Shown here piece after piece: positions 54,802 to 63,959 of a stretch of DNA of 64,000 bases. The stretch lies in IMG/VR virus record IMGVR_UViG_3300017917_002374, positions 124,001-188,000 of that record; one strand, 5' to 3'. The notes under the pieces are model-generated. The model was given only the letters and a program-made list of their open reading frames with translations. It searched no databases and had not been told where the DNA came from. Made by a program: the position numbers and the translations under genes. The number at the start of each line of letters is the position of its first letter. The stretch's first letter is position 1.

Positions 54802-56685
54802 TTATAAATCCCAAAAAAACAATCTATCTTCTGGAGATTTTGAATCAAAAAAAGTTTTTTGCGCTTGTATTTGAATTTTTTCCAAAACTCCTTCTTTTAA
54901 AGTCACATTGTCATACACATAGTATAGATATAAATCATTACTGTAAGTCACGCTGTGGGGAGTATAAGCGGCATTAAAAATTAAAACACTGGATCTTGCA
55001 TGTGTTTGAATTGTGCAAGGTTCAATATTTTCTACATAAGAATTTAATAAATTAGGGTTTGTATAATAACGTGAAAACAACGGATCGGTTTCGCTGATTG
55101 GATCATAAAAAGAGTAAGTAACTGGTTTGTCAAAAAATGTTAATCTAACAATAAATGTAATTGTATATTTTTTTACATCACTAAATCGGTGGGTATGAAC
55201 ATTGATTTGTTTTCCTAAACTATTGTGCCCAACAAGAACTGCGGAATGTTCACAGTCATAAATGTATTCTTGTGCCATTTGTTCCACTTGATGGCTTAAC
55301 TTTGTTAATCTATGATATATAAATGGTTCTTTACCAATCGCAAATTGTAATGCATGTTCAAAATCATATGTTAATAAATCTGGAAAATCTTTCATTGATT
55401 TTTGACTCGGGTCAAGACGAACTATATCACTGGTTCTCTTTTTAAAATACCTGGCTCCATCTATACCAACATTCTTAAATTTTCCTTGACCAATATACTG
55501 TTGAACTTTTCCCAAAGGAACAATGTTTATTACAAACCAATAAGCAAAATAAGGAATAAAAACCCAGTCTATCAACACATTTGCATCAGGATATGTGGTT
55601 TCTAGGAACTCGCTTGTATACCCATCAGAGGATGTGTAACGATAAAAATCAACTGATTTATCTAGATAGTTTTTTTGCAATCTATCAATCATGTTTTGAT
55701 ACTGTTCACTAGTTCGTTTAGAAAAGTCATAGTAAGAATTTTGATTCCAGAAAATCACTCTTAACTCTGATCTCAGCTGATCAAAACTTTGATGTTCTTC
55801 AACTGCTAGAACTTCGGGCGCAGTTAATAAAAGTGTGTACAGATCTTTTACATCTTGCTCAGAATGAGTTTGTTCAATTAATTCTTTCTTGTGTGTAACA
55901 TTGTATACCGTGTATCTTTCTTGGTTGTTATAAACTTTTTTAGGATTATATTTGGTTACACTTGATTTCAAGAGCTTGTTATACTTGTTTATATCAGGTA
56001 TACCGCTGACTACCATTAGTATTTTTGATTTTCCTTTGTGATCTGCTCCGTGCAAGAAAGCTCCGTTGTTAAAAGCAAAAGAATTTGTATCGTCGGGCAA
56101 GATTACATAATCAAGTTTTGTGTCATTACCTTTATTCTTTGCAACATAAAAAGTTGGATCAGAGTTTTCGTCGTAGATAATACTTCTACATGACAATGGT
56201 AAATTGTAAGTCCAATCTTGATCTCTATGCAAGTCAACCGGTCTTGTGTTTGACCAAAATCTTATAAAAAAGATTTCTTTATAAGGAAATAATTCAAATA
56301 CTTGTTCGTATAACTCAGGAAATATTTTTGTTGCATCAACATTGTGATTTGCAATAGTGTTTGTTCCAAACCATTGTTTTGCTGAAGGAGATCTATAAAT
56401 TTCTAAGGTACGCCAATAAGGATTGTGCCAACTGCTTTGATTATCATTTTTGTCAGCATACTCATCAAATGATTCTATTTGTCGTAAACCTGGTATAGAA
56501 TTTTTTTTAAAATAATCTACAAAATGTTCTATGTCTTTAGGTAAAATTTTTTCAATAGCCAAAGGCATCCAGGGAATATCACTATATTCCCTTTCTAAAT
56601 TAATAAATTGTTGTTGCGTTTGACTGTCTAGCCAAACTGTCTGTGGAGTAGGTTTGCCCGAATGATCAAGCGGGGTCTGGATCAT
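54802..56685 (-). CDS. Fusion of two oxygenase-like jelly-roll domains
   Basis: DLHRD...FLHGA in N-part; VHTH...YTPHSV in C-part. Confidence 0.5.
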   Translation of the reverse strand: MIQTPLDHSGKPTPQTVWLDSQTQQQFINLEREYSDIPWMPLAIEKILPKDIEHFVDYFKKNSIPGLRQIESFDEYADKNDNQSSWHNPYWRTLEIYRSPSAKQWFGTNTIANHNVDATKIFPELYEQVFELFPYKEIFFIRFWSNTRPVDLHRDQDWTYNLPLSCRSIIYDENSDPTFYVAKNKGNDTKLDYVILPDDTNSFAFNNGAFLHGADHKGKSKILMVVSGIPDINKYNKLLKSSVTKYNPKKVYNNQERYTVYNVTHKKELIEQTHSEQDVKDLYTLLLTAPEVLAVEEHQSFDQLRSELRVIFWNQNSYYDFSKRTSEQYQNMIDRLQKNYLDKSVDFYRYTSSDGYTSEFLETTYPDANVLIDWVFIPYFAYWFVINIVPLGKVQQYIGQGKFKNVGIDGARYFKKRTSDIVRLDPSQKSMKDFPDLLTYDFEHALQFAIGKEPFIYHRLTKLSHQVEQMAQEYIYDCEHSAVLVGHNSLGKQINVHTHRFSDVKKYTITFIVRLTFFDKPVTYSFYDPISETDPLFSRYYTNPNLLNSYVENIEPCTIQTHARSSVLIFNAAYTPHSVTYSNDLYLYYVYDNVTLKEGVLEKIQIQAQKTFFDSKSPEDRLFFWDL

Positions 56686-57052
56686 TGAAAATTTGATCGT
56701 AACTTATTCTTTGTTCCTCAAGAATACGAGGATCGTCTGACGCCCATGCATAATCATCTTCTGGCGGATACAGCCTATGAAATTCAATGCCCATGGTTTG
56801 CATGTATTCTTCCATTGCTCGCTGTAATTCTAAATGTTCAGTTTCGTGATCTTTGTGCCAAGAATCATAAGATTCTTTTGATTCCCAAACAATATAAATC
56901 TGAGCATAGCTTTTATCTTCTGATCGATAGTATAAAATGTCCAAAACTCTAGGATCAGCAAAAATAGTAGATCCTAGCTCTATTGGGCCCAAATAATGTT
57001 CAAGCAACACGTCTGCGCCTGGCTTTTCATAAGTTTGTTTAACAACGTACAT
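56666..57052 (-). CDS. Hypothetical protein (ABM-like barrel?)
   Basis: IYIVWESKESYDSW; AAGGA RBS. Confidence 0.5.
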   Translation of the reverse strand: MYVVKQTYEKPGADVLLEHYLGPIELGSTIFADPRVLDILYYRSEDKSYAQIYIVWESKESYDSWHKDHETEHLELQRAMEEYMQTMGIEFHRLYPPEDDYAWASDDPRILEEQRISYDQIFNDPDPA

Positions 57053-57111
57053 AAACTTTCCTTGTGGATATATTGGAACTAAATATCTTTACAACTATTT
57101 AGTGCTATGGA

Positions 57112-57585
57112 ATGTTTTTAAATTATCTTTATCATTGGCCAAAAATTCCGCTAGAACTGCATCAACAAGTCTCACATATAATTACAAACGAACAAGACGA
57201 ACTAGATAAGTTTGTAGGAAGTTTTTACGCTCCTTATAAACTATTTCCGATTACAGGAGAGTTGGGCAACTGGTTAAAATCAAATTTGCCTATGAAATTT
57301 GGATCTTGTTTTCACATACATGTAATCACCGATGATCTTGTGGTTCATAAAGATTACATGCAAGAAAAATATAAAGTAAACTATATATTTGAAACTGGCG
57401 GAAGTTTAGTGCGCACAAACTTTTACAACGATAATCAAATACTAGTAGAGTCTCACCAAGTATCGCCTTACGAGTGGCACTGGTTTGACGGTACTACATA
57501 TCATAATGCAACTAATATTGAACCAGGAAAAAAACGTATTGCAATAACTTTAGGAACTAATGATGTTGACAGTTTTGACCTATGA
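57112..57585 (+). CDS. HxD..H jelly-roll oxygenase-like protein
   Basis: VVHKDY...WFDGTTYHNA. Confidence 0.5.
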   Translation: MFLNYLYHWPKIPLELHQQVSHIITNEQDELDKFVGSFYAPYKLFPITGELGNWLKSNLPMKFGSCFHIHVITDDLVVHKDYMQEKYKVNYIFETGGSLVRTNFYNDNQILVESHQVSPYEWHWFDGTTYHNATNIEPGKKRIAITLGTNDVDSFDL

Positions 57586-58162
57586 ACATTTGGATCTTTT
57601 TTTAGAATTAAAAAAGAACAATCCAGGGCAGTGGAAATTAGGAATAGCGTTTGAACAAACAGTAGATAATTCTAGATTTTTTCTTGAACGATTGGTATCA
57701 GAAAAAGCATTTAGTGTTGGATGGATAGAAGATGGCAAATTACTTAGTATGTCAAGTATGCACGATCTAGATAATCAAACCTGGGGCTGGCTATACTATG
57801 CTAACGTCGCACAATCTTATATGAATTTTTCGCGCAATCATGGACTAGAAGTAATTAACGAGATGTTTAAAGAAGCTGCTAAAAGAAAGTACAGTACTTG
57901 TGTTACTCTTGTGCGAGACGATTTTGCATCAATTACTAGCGATGCAGTTGGAAAGATGCAGAAAACTATCGCATCCTGGCATGACCAAGTACCAGAAATA
58001 AAAAAATATCATTGGGTTGATGAAGCTAAAATTCCCGCCAATTCATTTTCAAAATTGTTTTATGTGTCTTGGATGATGGGTTTTAGAACATGGCCTGTAA
58101 ATCTTAGAGTAAGACTGGGATTTTTAAAACAAGAATTTCGTAACGAAATTTTATTTTCTTAA
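57560..58162 (+). CDS. Hypothetical protein (GNAT-like fold?)
   Basis: SVGWIEDGKLLSMS..WLYYANV pattern; fold inferred. Confidence 0.45.
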   Translation: MMLTVLTYEHLDLFLELKKNNPGQWKLGIAFEQTVDNSRFFLERLVSEKAFSVGWIEDGKLLSMSSMHDLDNQTWGWLYYANVAQSYMNFSRNHGLEVINEMFKEAAKRKYSTCVTLVRDDFASITSDAVGKMQKTIASWHDQVPEIKKYHWVDEAKIPANSFSKLFYVSWMMGFRTWPVNLRVRLGFLKQEFRNEILFS

Positions 58163-58603
58163 GCATTGCCGAGTCTTGAAACAAATATCCCATATAGGCC
58201 AAAAAAGTCCAAAATTTACTTTGCTATTAACATGATGTAGTAAATGCCATTTTCCGCTAGTTAACCAGGGGTATATTGAAAAATTTTTGTTGTGTTCTAT
58301 TCTTTCTTGCAACAACGAAGCCCACAGATAATAAAAAATAAGTATCCACCAATGACCAGTAATCCAACTAAAAATGACTGTGGGAATCACTTCTGTTATC
58401 CATAAATCAGCGGTGCTTTTATAGGTATCATTGAATAATAATAAGTTATTCCAATGCCATTTGGTATGATTTAGATTTATATATTTGTGATGATCCCAAT
58501 GCCAAGATCGTAACATGGGTATCTTATGCACTGCTCTGTGAATCCAATACAACACAAAAGTCCAGAGTAAAAATATAGATATAAAATTAAAACTTTTTTC
58601 CAT
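58151..58603 (-). CDS. Sterol desaturase/fatty acid hydroxylase family
   Basis: YWIHRAVH, HWDHH, EH, HLLHH, NFGLF..WD. Confidence 0.85.
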   Translation of the reverse strand: MEKSFNFISIFLLWTFVLYWIHRAVHKIPMLRSWHWDHHKYINLNHTKWHWNNLLLFNDTYKSTADLWITEVIPTVIFSWITGHWWILIFYYLWASLLQERIEHNKNFSIYPWLTSGKWHLLHHVNSKVNFGLFWPIWDICFKTRQCLRK

Positions 58604-59072
58604 ATACCATAATTGATGCTTTTGGCCCAGAATAGCTAGTAGGCTGATTATCTTTAATTTTTATTACATCCTTATTTTGAACTGATACCAAACTCATAGT
58701 TCGTTTAGCTCCTAGTTCTTTTGATTTTTGAAGATAATAAGGAAAACATAGCTTACTAATTCCTGTACCACGTTCTTCGGGTAAAGAGAAAGCCGTTACT
58801 AACATTGAAACTTTATCTTCAGTGATAACAAAAGAAAGTCCACTTAATACCTTGTGATGTGCATCTTGAGCATATACCGCATGACAAGAACTTAACTGTT
58901 CCCAATAAAAACCTTGAGTTCCTAGATTGTTCCTTAACAGTTCTGCATAAGTGTTAAAAAGTAAACCCAAAGCAGGACTTTGTACTATTTTATTGGCAAA
59001 GTATATATTAATATCTTTAAGATTTTTATCTTTTGTTGATTCTAATAATATAACATCATGCAGCATCTTCAT
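58587..59072 (-). CDS. GNAT-like acyltransferase
   Basis: AFSLPEERGTGIS acyl-CoA binding motif A. Confidence 0.65.
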   Translation of the reverse strand: MKMLHDVILLESTKDKNLKDINIYFANKIVQSPALGLLFNTYAELLRNNLGTQGFYWEQLSSCHAVYAQDAHHKVLSGLSFVITEDKVSMLVTAFSLPEERGTGISKLCFPYYLQKSKELGAKRTMSLVSVQNKDVIKIKDNQPTSYSGPKASIMVYGKKF

Positions 59073-59544
59073 TAATTAAAGACCTTGTTAAAATATAGTG
59101 AGTGGGGTGCATACCAACTAGCTTTGATCTATTTAGACTTGACAGATCTTCAATATGCAAAATATGATATAATCCACTAATGTCTTTTTGTTTGCCATAC
59201 GAGATCATATGGTCAATACATTTCTTATGCATATTACTGCTATAAGAATATGCTGGATCTTCAAAAATCAAAAGAATATTAATCATGTTAAATTCTTTTT
59301 CATTAACAAAACAGATCCCCCCAATTGTATTTTTATCTTTGTCTGCCGCCCAAATAATTTGTGCATCATTGAGTTTTTTCCACTCTAAACTGGGCTGTTG
59401 AATATTTTGAGTGTGCATGTTAGATAAAGTCTGAAAAATTACTGCAAGCACCGATCGTATTGCCACATGTTCACAATACCAGAAAGTTATTTCTTGATCT
59501 TGATCTTTAATGGTTTCTATAAGTTGTTCCATTTTACTCTCCAA
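59056..59544 (-). CDS. GNAT-like protein
   Basis: Similar layout to neighbour (IIWAAD..IGGICF..ILLIF). Confidence 0.5.
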   Translation of the reverse strand: MESKMEQLIETIKDQDQEITFWYCEHVAIRSVLAVIFQTLSNMHTQNIQQPSLEWKKLNDAQIIWAADKDKNTIGGICFVNEKEFNMINILLIFEDPAYSYSSNMHKKCIDHMISYGKQKDISGLYHILHIEDLSSLNRSKLVGMHPTHYILTRSLINEDAA

Positions 59545-59547
59545 AAA

Positions 59548-60087
59548 CTAAACTAAATTTTCTAATACTTCTTGGTATGTATGATTACACCATTGGAATG
59601 CAACAAAAATTCGTGGGTTAAGTGAAATTCGTTTTACGCTATGTATTTCGCTTACATTTAATAGATAGGTTTGATTACTACTGGCCACAAATTTGCAAAC
59701 TGGATTTAAATCTGTTTCATGATAGATGTTTTCTATACTTTGTCCGCTATGTGCATATCCTCGTACTTGACTATTTTTTGTTGCGTAAAATATAGTATGA
59801 TCATGTTCGGCTTCAACATAGTAATTTAAACTTGCATTAACGTTGTGATCTTTATGAGGATTGAGCATACCCTCGCCATTTATTTCTGCGTATAATGCGT
59901 ATGTAGGAGTAATTTTACAGAATTTTTTAATGTTTAATTGTAAAAAAACTTCTTCGTTGACAGAGAAATATGTGAGCATGGAGTTGTATTGATTAACTTG
60001 TGTCTTTTTCAAGGTATGAAGGACCTCAATATTATGCTCCATGTAATTTTTAGTTTGTTGAAAATAACCTGGAAAACTATTCATCAT
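59548..60087 (-). CDS. HxD..H jelly-roll oxygenase-like protein
   Basis: LNPHKDH...LLNVSEIHSV..RI. Confidence 0.5.
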   Translation of the reverse strand: MMNSFPGYFQQTKNYMEHNIEVLHTLKKTQVNQYNSMLTYFSVNEEVFLQLNIKKFCKITPTYALYAEINGEGMLNPHKDHNVNASLNYYVEAEHDHTIFYATKNSQVRGYAHSGQSIENIYHETDLNPVCKFVASSNQTYLLNVSEIHSVKRISLNPRIFVAFQWCNHTYQEVLENLV

Positions 60088-60991
60088 AATATATTTCTTT
60101 GATAGGCGACAGTACTACCTGTCGAAATAAATTTCCATTGTGTACTCCAATGGCTAAATCTCTTTGTAATGGCCCAAACATATAATCCTCAATATCTTCT
60201 AATCCGTGCTTTTTTGCTCTTGGTATTAGTTCCGGCCAAGCTTCTCTATATCCCTGAATCTTTGTAGAATGTACTCCTCTTTTGCCCATAATTTTATCTG
60301 AAATTAAATCATTAAACCACTTGGTTTTAGCATAGGCTTTAAGTAGTCTATGAGACCATCGTAACCAATCTGAAATTCCTACTCTGTTTTGATTGATAAA
60401 ATATTTTAGTCTTCCAAAATCATATTCAATTTCAACATTTAACCAGGTACCCGGCTTGTCATAGCCCGGAGTAGTTCTCCAAAGTTCAGGGTTACCGTCG
60501 CCTAGTATAGGAATACCATCAACCCTATCAGTTAACGCTAGTGTTGTTAGTATTGGTGGTATAGTTATTTGAGCCTTTCTGCTACATTCTGCTATGTCAT
60601 GTTCAAAAAAATTTTTTACGTTAAAATCAATAAATTTGTAAGATACATTCATATTTTCACAGGCAACCACAGCATGAGACACATCATAGATGTTTAGATA
60701 ATCTTCAAACCTTCCAATATAAACCTGAAATGGTACACCAGCTTCTTTGAACGCTCGAACAAGCATTTCGCTTTCGCCGCCTCCGGAAAGCATTAAACTG
60801 AATTTTTCGTTTGGGTAATGATCTCTAATGCTTTGGCATGCTAATACCATTTCAGTTCTTAAATCTTTACACGGTGTTGAATCTAGTTCAAAATCAATGT
60901 TAAAAATTTGATCGTTGTTGCTTCTAAACAAAGCCGTGGGATCATCGTCGTAATACCACTTCATCCAGTTGTTTTCAAGGTAGGTAAACAT
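60077..60991 (-). CDS. PP-loop (adenine nucleotide alpha hydrolase) family protein
   Basis: SLMLSGGGESE (SGGxDS variant). Confidence 0.55.
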   Translation of the reverse strand: MFTYLENNWMKWYYDDDPTALFRSNNDQIFNIDFELDSTPCKDLRTEMVLACQSIRDHYPNEKFSLMLSGGGESEMLVRAFKEAGVPFQVYIGRFEDYLNIYDVSHAVVACENMNVSYKFIDFNVKNFFEHDIAECSRKAQITIPPILTTLALTDRVDGIPILGDGNPELWRTTPGYDKPGTWLNVEIEYDFGRLKYFINQNRVGISDWLRWSHRLLKAYAKTKWFNDLISDKIMGKRGVHSTKIQGYREAWPELIPRAKKHGLEDIEDYMFGPLQRDLAIGVHNGNLFRQVVLSPIKEIYYDE

Positions 60992-61509
60992 TATAAATTG
61001 TGTTCAATACAAAATTGCTTTACATCATTGTAATGAATATCGTATAAAGAAAGACTCAATAACATACGTCTTTGTTCTCTAGTAAACACACAATGTGGTT
61101 GTTTTAAATTCATTAAAATACCTTTATTACTTGCGTACGGCACTTCACAAGTTTCTCTTAATTCAATTGTGGGTTTACTGTGTAGGCGCTTTGCTGCAGA
61201 ATAGAAAGCATGTCCGTCAAAACCGTTTAGCAGTACATTCACAGCAACCTTTCTTGGTATATCTGTATGCCAGTGGTAGAACGTACTAGGGTCTATACAT
61301 AAAAGATGTATGTCGCAAACAAAATTATCAAAAAATTCTTTGACCCACTTGGTTTGCCAACTCACGGTGTTAACCGGAATTACTAGCATTTCAAATGCGT
61401 GTGCTGTTTTCCATTGTGAAACATGTGCTTGATCAACCATTTGCATCACAGCGTCGTGATCCAAAAAATCATCTTTGAGTGTATAGAAAAATTGAGAGGA
61501 ATCTAACAT
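60991..61509 (-). CDS. HxD..H jelly-roll oxygenase-like protein
   Basis: YHWHTD..AVN...LMNLKQPHCV..RRMLL; start placed at MLDSS. Confidence 0.55.
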   Translation of the reverse strand: MLDSSQFFYTLKDDFLDHDAVMQMVDQAHVSQWKTAHAFEMLVIPVNTVSWQTKWVKEFFDNFVCDIHLLCIDPSTFYHWHTDIPRKVAVNVLLNGFDGHAFYSAAKRLHSKPTIELRETCEVPYASNKGILMNLKQPHCVFTREQRRMLLSLSLYDIHYNDVKQFCIEHNL

Positions 61510-61563
61510 ATTGAAATAACCGTGCCTATAAATACTTATCACTAAAACCCATGAAAGATAAAA

Positions 61564-62109
61564 ATGCATGCTATAACTTGGCAGCCTGGTACCGACACAT
61601 TACTTGATCCATTATTTGATTTTCATAGAGAAATGCACTTTCGGAAGCAAGATCATCCTCTTTGGAAAAATTATAATAGGAGTCATTTCTTTGAAGAATG
61701 TGTGGCAATAAGTTTGGCATTTAATGAGCACAACATACCAGTATTGGGTAGTAGCATACTCAAACGAGACTGCTGGCCTAACAACGTTTATAGAATTTTA
61801 AATCGTCTCTGGGCCATGAATCCGCATCCCAGTCCAATTAAAGATTTACACCCTAGCGGGGGTCCAATACTAAGATCTCAGATTGACTGGCTTAAAAAAA
61901 ACTATGAGTACGATTTAGTGTTTATAAGTCGCGAATCTTCATACTGGCAAGAATGGACTGTGAATCAATACAAACGTTTATATGACTTAGAGTTTGAATA
62001 TGATACTAAATTATATCAGGTATGTGATAATCCAATAGACGACAGTTGTTGGCAACGTATAATTTATCAAGGTAATAAAGAACTATTGACACAATGGTCT
62101 CAAAAATAA
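61564..62109 (+). CDS. Hypothetical protein (GNAT-like?)
   Basis: TATAAATA upstream; RILNRLW, LVFISRE. Confidence 0.55.
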   Translation: MHAITWQPGTDTLLDPLFDFHREMHFRKQDHPLWKNYNRSHFFEECVAISLAFNEHNIPVLGSSILKRDCWPNNVYRILNRLWAMNPHPSPIKDLHPSGGPILRSQIDWLKKNYEYDLVFISRESSYWQEWTVNQYKRLYDLEFEYDTKLYQVCDNPIDDSCWQRIIYQGNKELLTQWSQK

Positions 62110-62882
62110 TAAAACAAATATTCCACTGGACCCCTACCTGGGGTGCCTGGCTACCTGTGCAGTTTTTTGGTATATTGGCTATCTATAATATTTTGACTGG
62201 TTCTACTTCGCCTTATTGGTGGATCTATACAATTATAGGATACTTTTTGTTTTCGGTTATAGGTATATCAATAGGATACCATAGATATCTAAGTCATAAA
62301 AGTTTTAAAACAAGAAAAATTTACCAAAGAATCATGCTCTGGTGCGGCGTAATGGCTGCACAAGGCACTCCTATTTTTTGGGCTATCATACATCGAGGGT
62401 ATCATCATAAGCACACCGATACAGATCTAGATCCTCATAGTCCAAGACATGGATTTTGGCATTCGTACCTTGGATGGTTATTTAAAATTAGACCTGTTAT
62501 GAATACCAAATATGTATTAGATCTAATGAAAAATCAGGACGTATTTTTTGCCCATAAAAATTATTTTACTATATTGTGGATATCAAATATTTTGTTATTG
62601 ACTATTAACGTAGATCTTTGGTTATATGGTGTGATGTTGCCTTGTTTTTTATCTTTCCATGCTTATGCTACCAACACTAGTATAAATCATTGCAAGGCAT
62701 TAGGTTATCAGCGATATAAATTAAACAACGATAGTACTAATGTAATAGTACTTTGGCCTTTATTATTTGGTGATGCGTGGCACAATAATCACCATAATAG
62801 AGCCGCTGATCCAAATTTTGGAAAAAGCACTTGGGAATTAGATCCTGCTTTTTGGATTATTAAGTTGATTCGTTCTGATTAA
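62094..62882 (+). CDS. Membrane fatty acid desaturase
   Basis: HRYLSH, HRGYHH, HNNHH; DPHSP. Confidence 0.9.
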   Translation: MVSKIIKQIFHWTPTWGAWLPVQFFGILAIYNILTGSTSPYWWIYTIIGYFLFSVIGISIGYHRYLSHKSFKTRKIYQRIMLWCGVMAAQGTPIFWAIIHRGYHHKHTDTDLDPHSPRHGFWHSYLGWLFKIRPVMNTKYVLDLMKNQDVFFAHKNYFTILWISNILLLTINVDLWLYGVMLPCFLSFHAYATNTSINHCKALGYQRYKLNNDSTNVIVLWPLLFGDAWHNNHHNRAADPNFGKSTWELDPAFWIIKLIRSD

Positions 62883-63120
62883 GAATTTTTTCAAGTGCGT
62901 CATGAAGACTTTGCAAAGTTTTTATTTCTGCGATTTCAGGGTACTCGTCAAGATTTATATCTATACCAAACTCTTCGTCACAGGCAATCAATAGCTCAGT
63001 TAGACTAAGACTATCAAGTCCTAAATCTTTTTTAAACTGTAAATTAAGATTGATATCAGTAACTTTCTTTTTATTAAAATGCTCACGTACAATTTTTAAC
63101 AAACGTTCTTCAATATTCAT
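62860..63120 (-). CDS. acpP: Acyl carrier protein
   Basis: DLGLDSL phosphopantetheine site, EEFGIDI; GGAG RBS and TAAATA upstream on minus strand. Confidence 0.88.
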   Translation of the reverse strand: MNIEERLLKIVREHFNKKKVTDINLNLQFKKDLGLDSLSLTELLIACDEEFGIDINLDEYPEIAEIKTLQSLHDALEKILNQNEST

Positions 63121-63176
63121 AGAATGTGCGCTCCGTATATATTTACACAGTACAGGCCATGTTTATAAATATTTTT

Positions 63177-63959
63177 ATGACCTTTGCTAATCAATATAGA
63201 CTTTTTTATTTTATCATACTTTTGTCTGTCCCATTAAGTGTATTTGTAGCTATTCAAACATCTATTTGGTATTTGATAGGCAGTTATCTGTGGATGCGTA
63301 TCACAAGTTTTTTATTTGTTCAAATAGGTATGCACAGATACTTTGCTCACAATGGGTTTACTACCGATAAAAAGCGTCATATTTTTTTAACTTTAGGCAG
63401 TATTCTCACTGGTAATGGCAGTCCATTAACTTGGAGTACTCACCATTTACATCATCATAGACATAGCGATACCAATCTTGATTTACATAGTCCTGTAAAC
63501 GGTATCATTAATACTACATTTTTATGGCCTATAAGAGATGTTAGTTATTTTGAAAACGGAAAACAAATAGGAATTACGCCAAAAAGACTTGTTAAAGATA
63601 AATTACTAATGTTTATTCATCAACACTATTTCAAAATATGGATCTTCATTATTCTACTAAGTGGGTTTATTGACTGGAAAATTACTTTGTTCTTATTTTT
63701 AGCTCCTGCAGGATGGAGTGTACTACACGGAAACATAATTACCAACTTTATAAGTCACTGGAAGCTGCCAGGGTCTTATAGAAATTTTGATACTAACGAT
63801 AACAGTTACAATAACAAATGGATTCAGCTACTACAATTTGGCGAAGGTTTACACAATAATCATCACCATAACATGCGTGATTATAATCAAGCTGTACGAA
63901 AAGACGAATTTGATTTGGCCGCTTGGACTATTGATAAATTTTTTAAGGTCACTAAATGA
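63177..63959 (+). CDS. Membrane fatty acid desaturase
   Basis: HRYFAH, HHLHH, GEGLHNNHH; ATG 63177 just after TATAAATA. Confidence 0.9.
   Translation: MTFANQYRLFYFIILLSVPLSVFVAIQTSIWYLIGSYLWMRITSFLFVQIGMHRYFAHNGFTTDKKRHIFLTLGSILTGNGSPLTWSTHHLHHHRHSDTNLDLHSPVNGIINTTFLWPIRDVSYFENGKQIGITPKRLVKDKLLMFIHQHYFKIWIFIILLSGFIDWKITLFLFLAPAGWSVLHGNIITNFISHWKLPGSYRNFDTNDNSYNNKWIQLLQFGEGLHNNHHHNMRDYNQAVRKDEFDLAAWTIDKFFKVTK

Noticed and set aside
3648-63176. Longest-ORF start sites at 3648, 8678, 10249, 16227, 46320, 51187, 61569(-), 63126
   Set aside because: Downstream starts with RBS, translational coupling or a late promoter fit better (3696, 8732, 10336, 16302, 46335, 51253, 61509, 63177).
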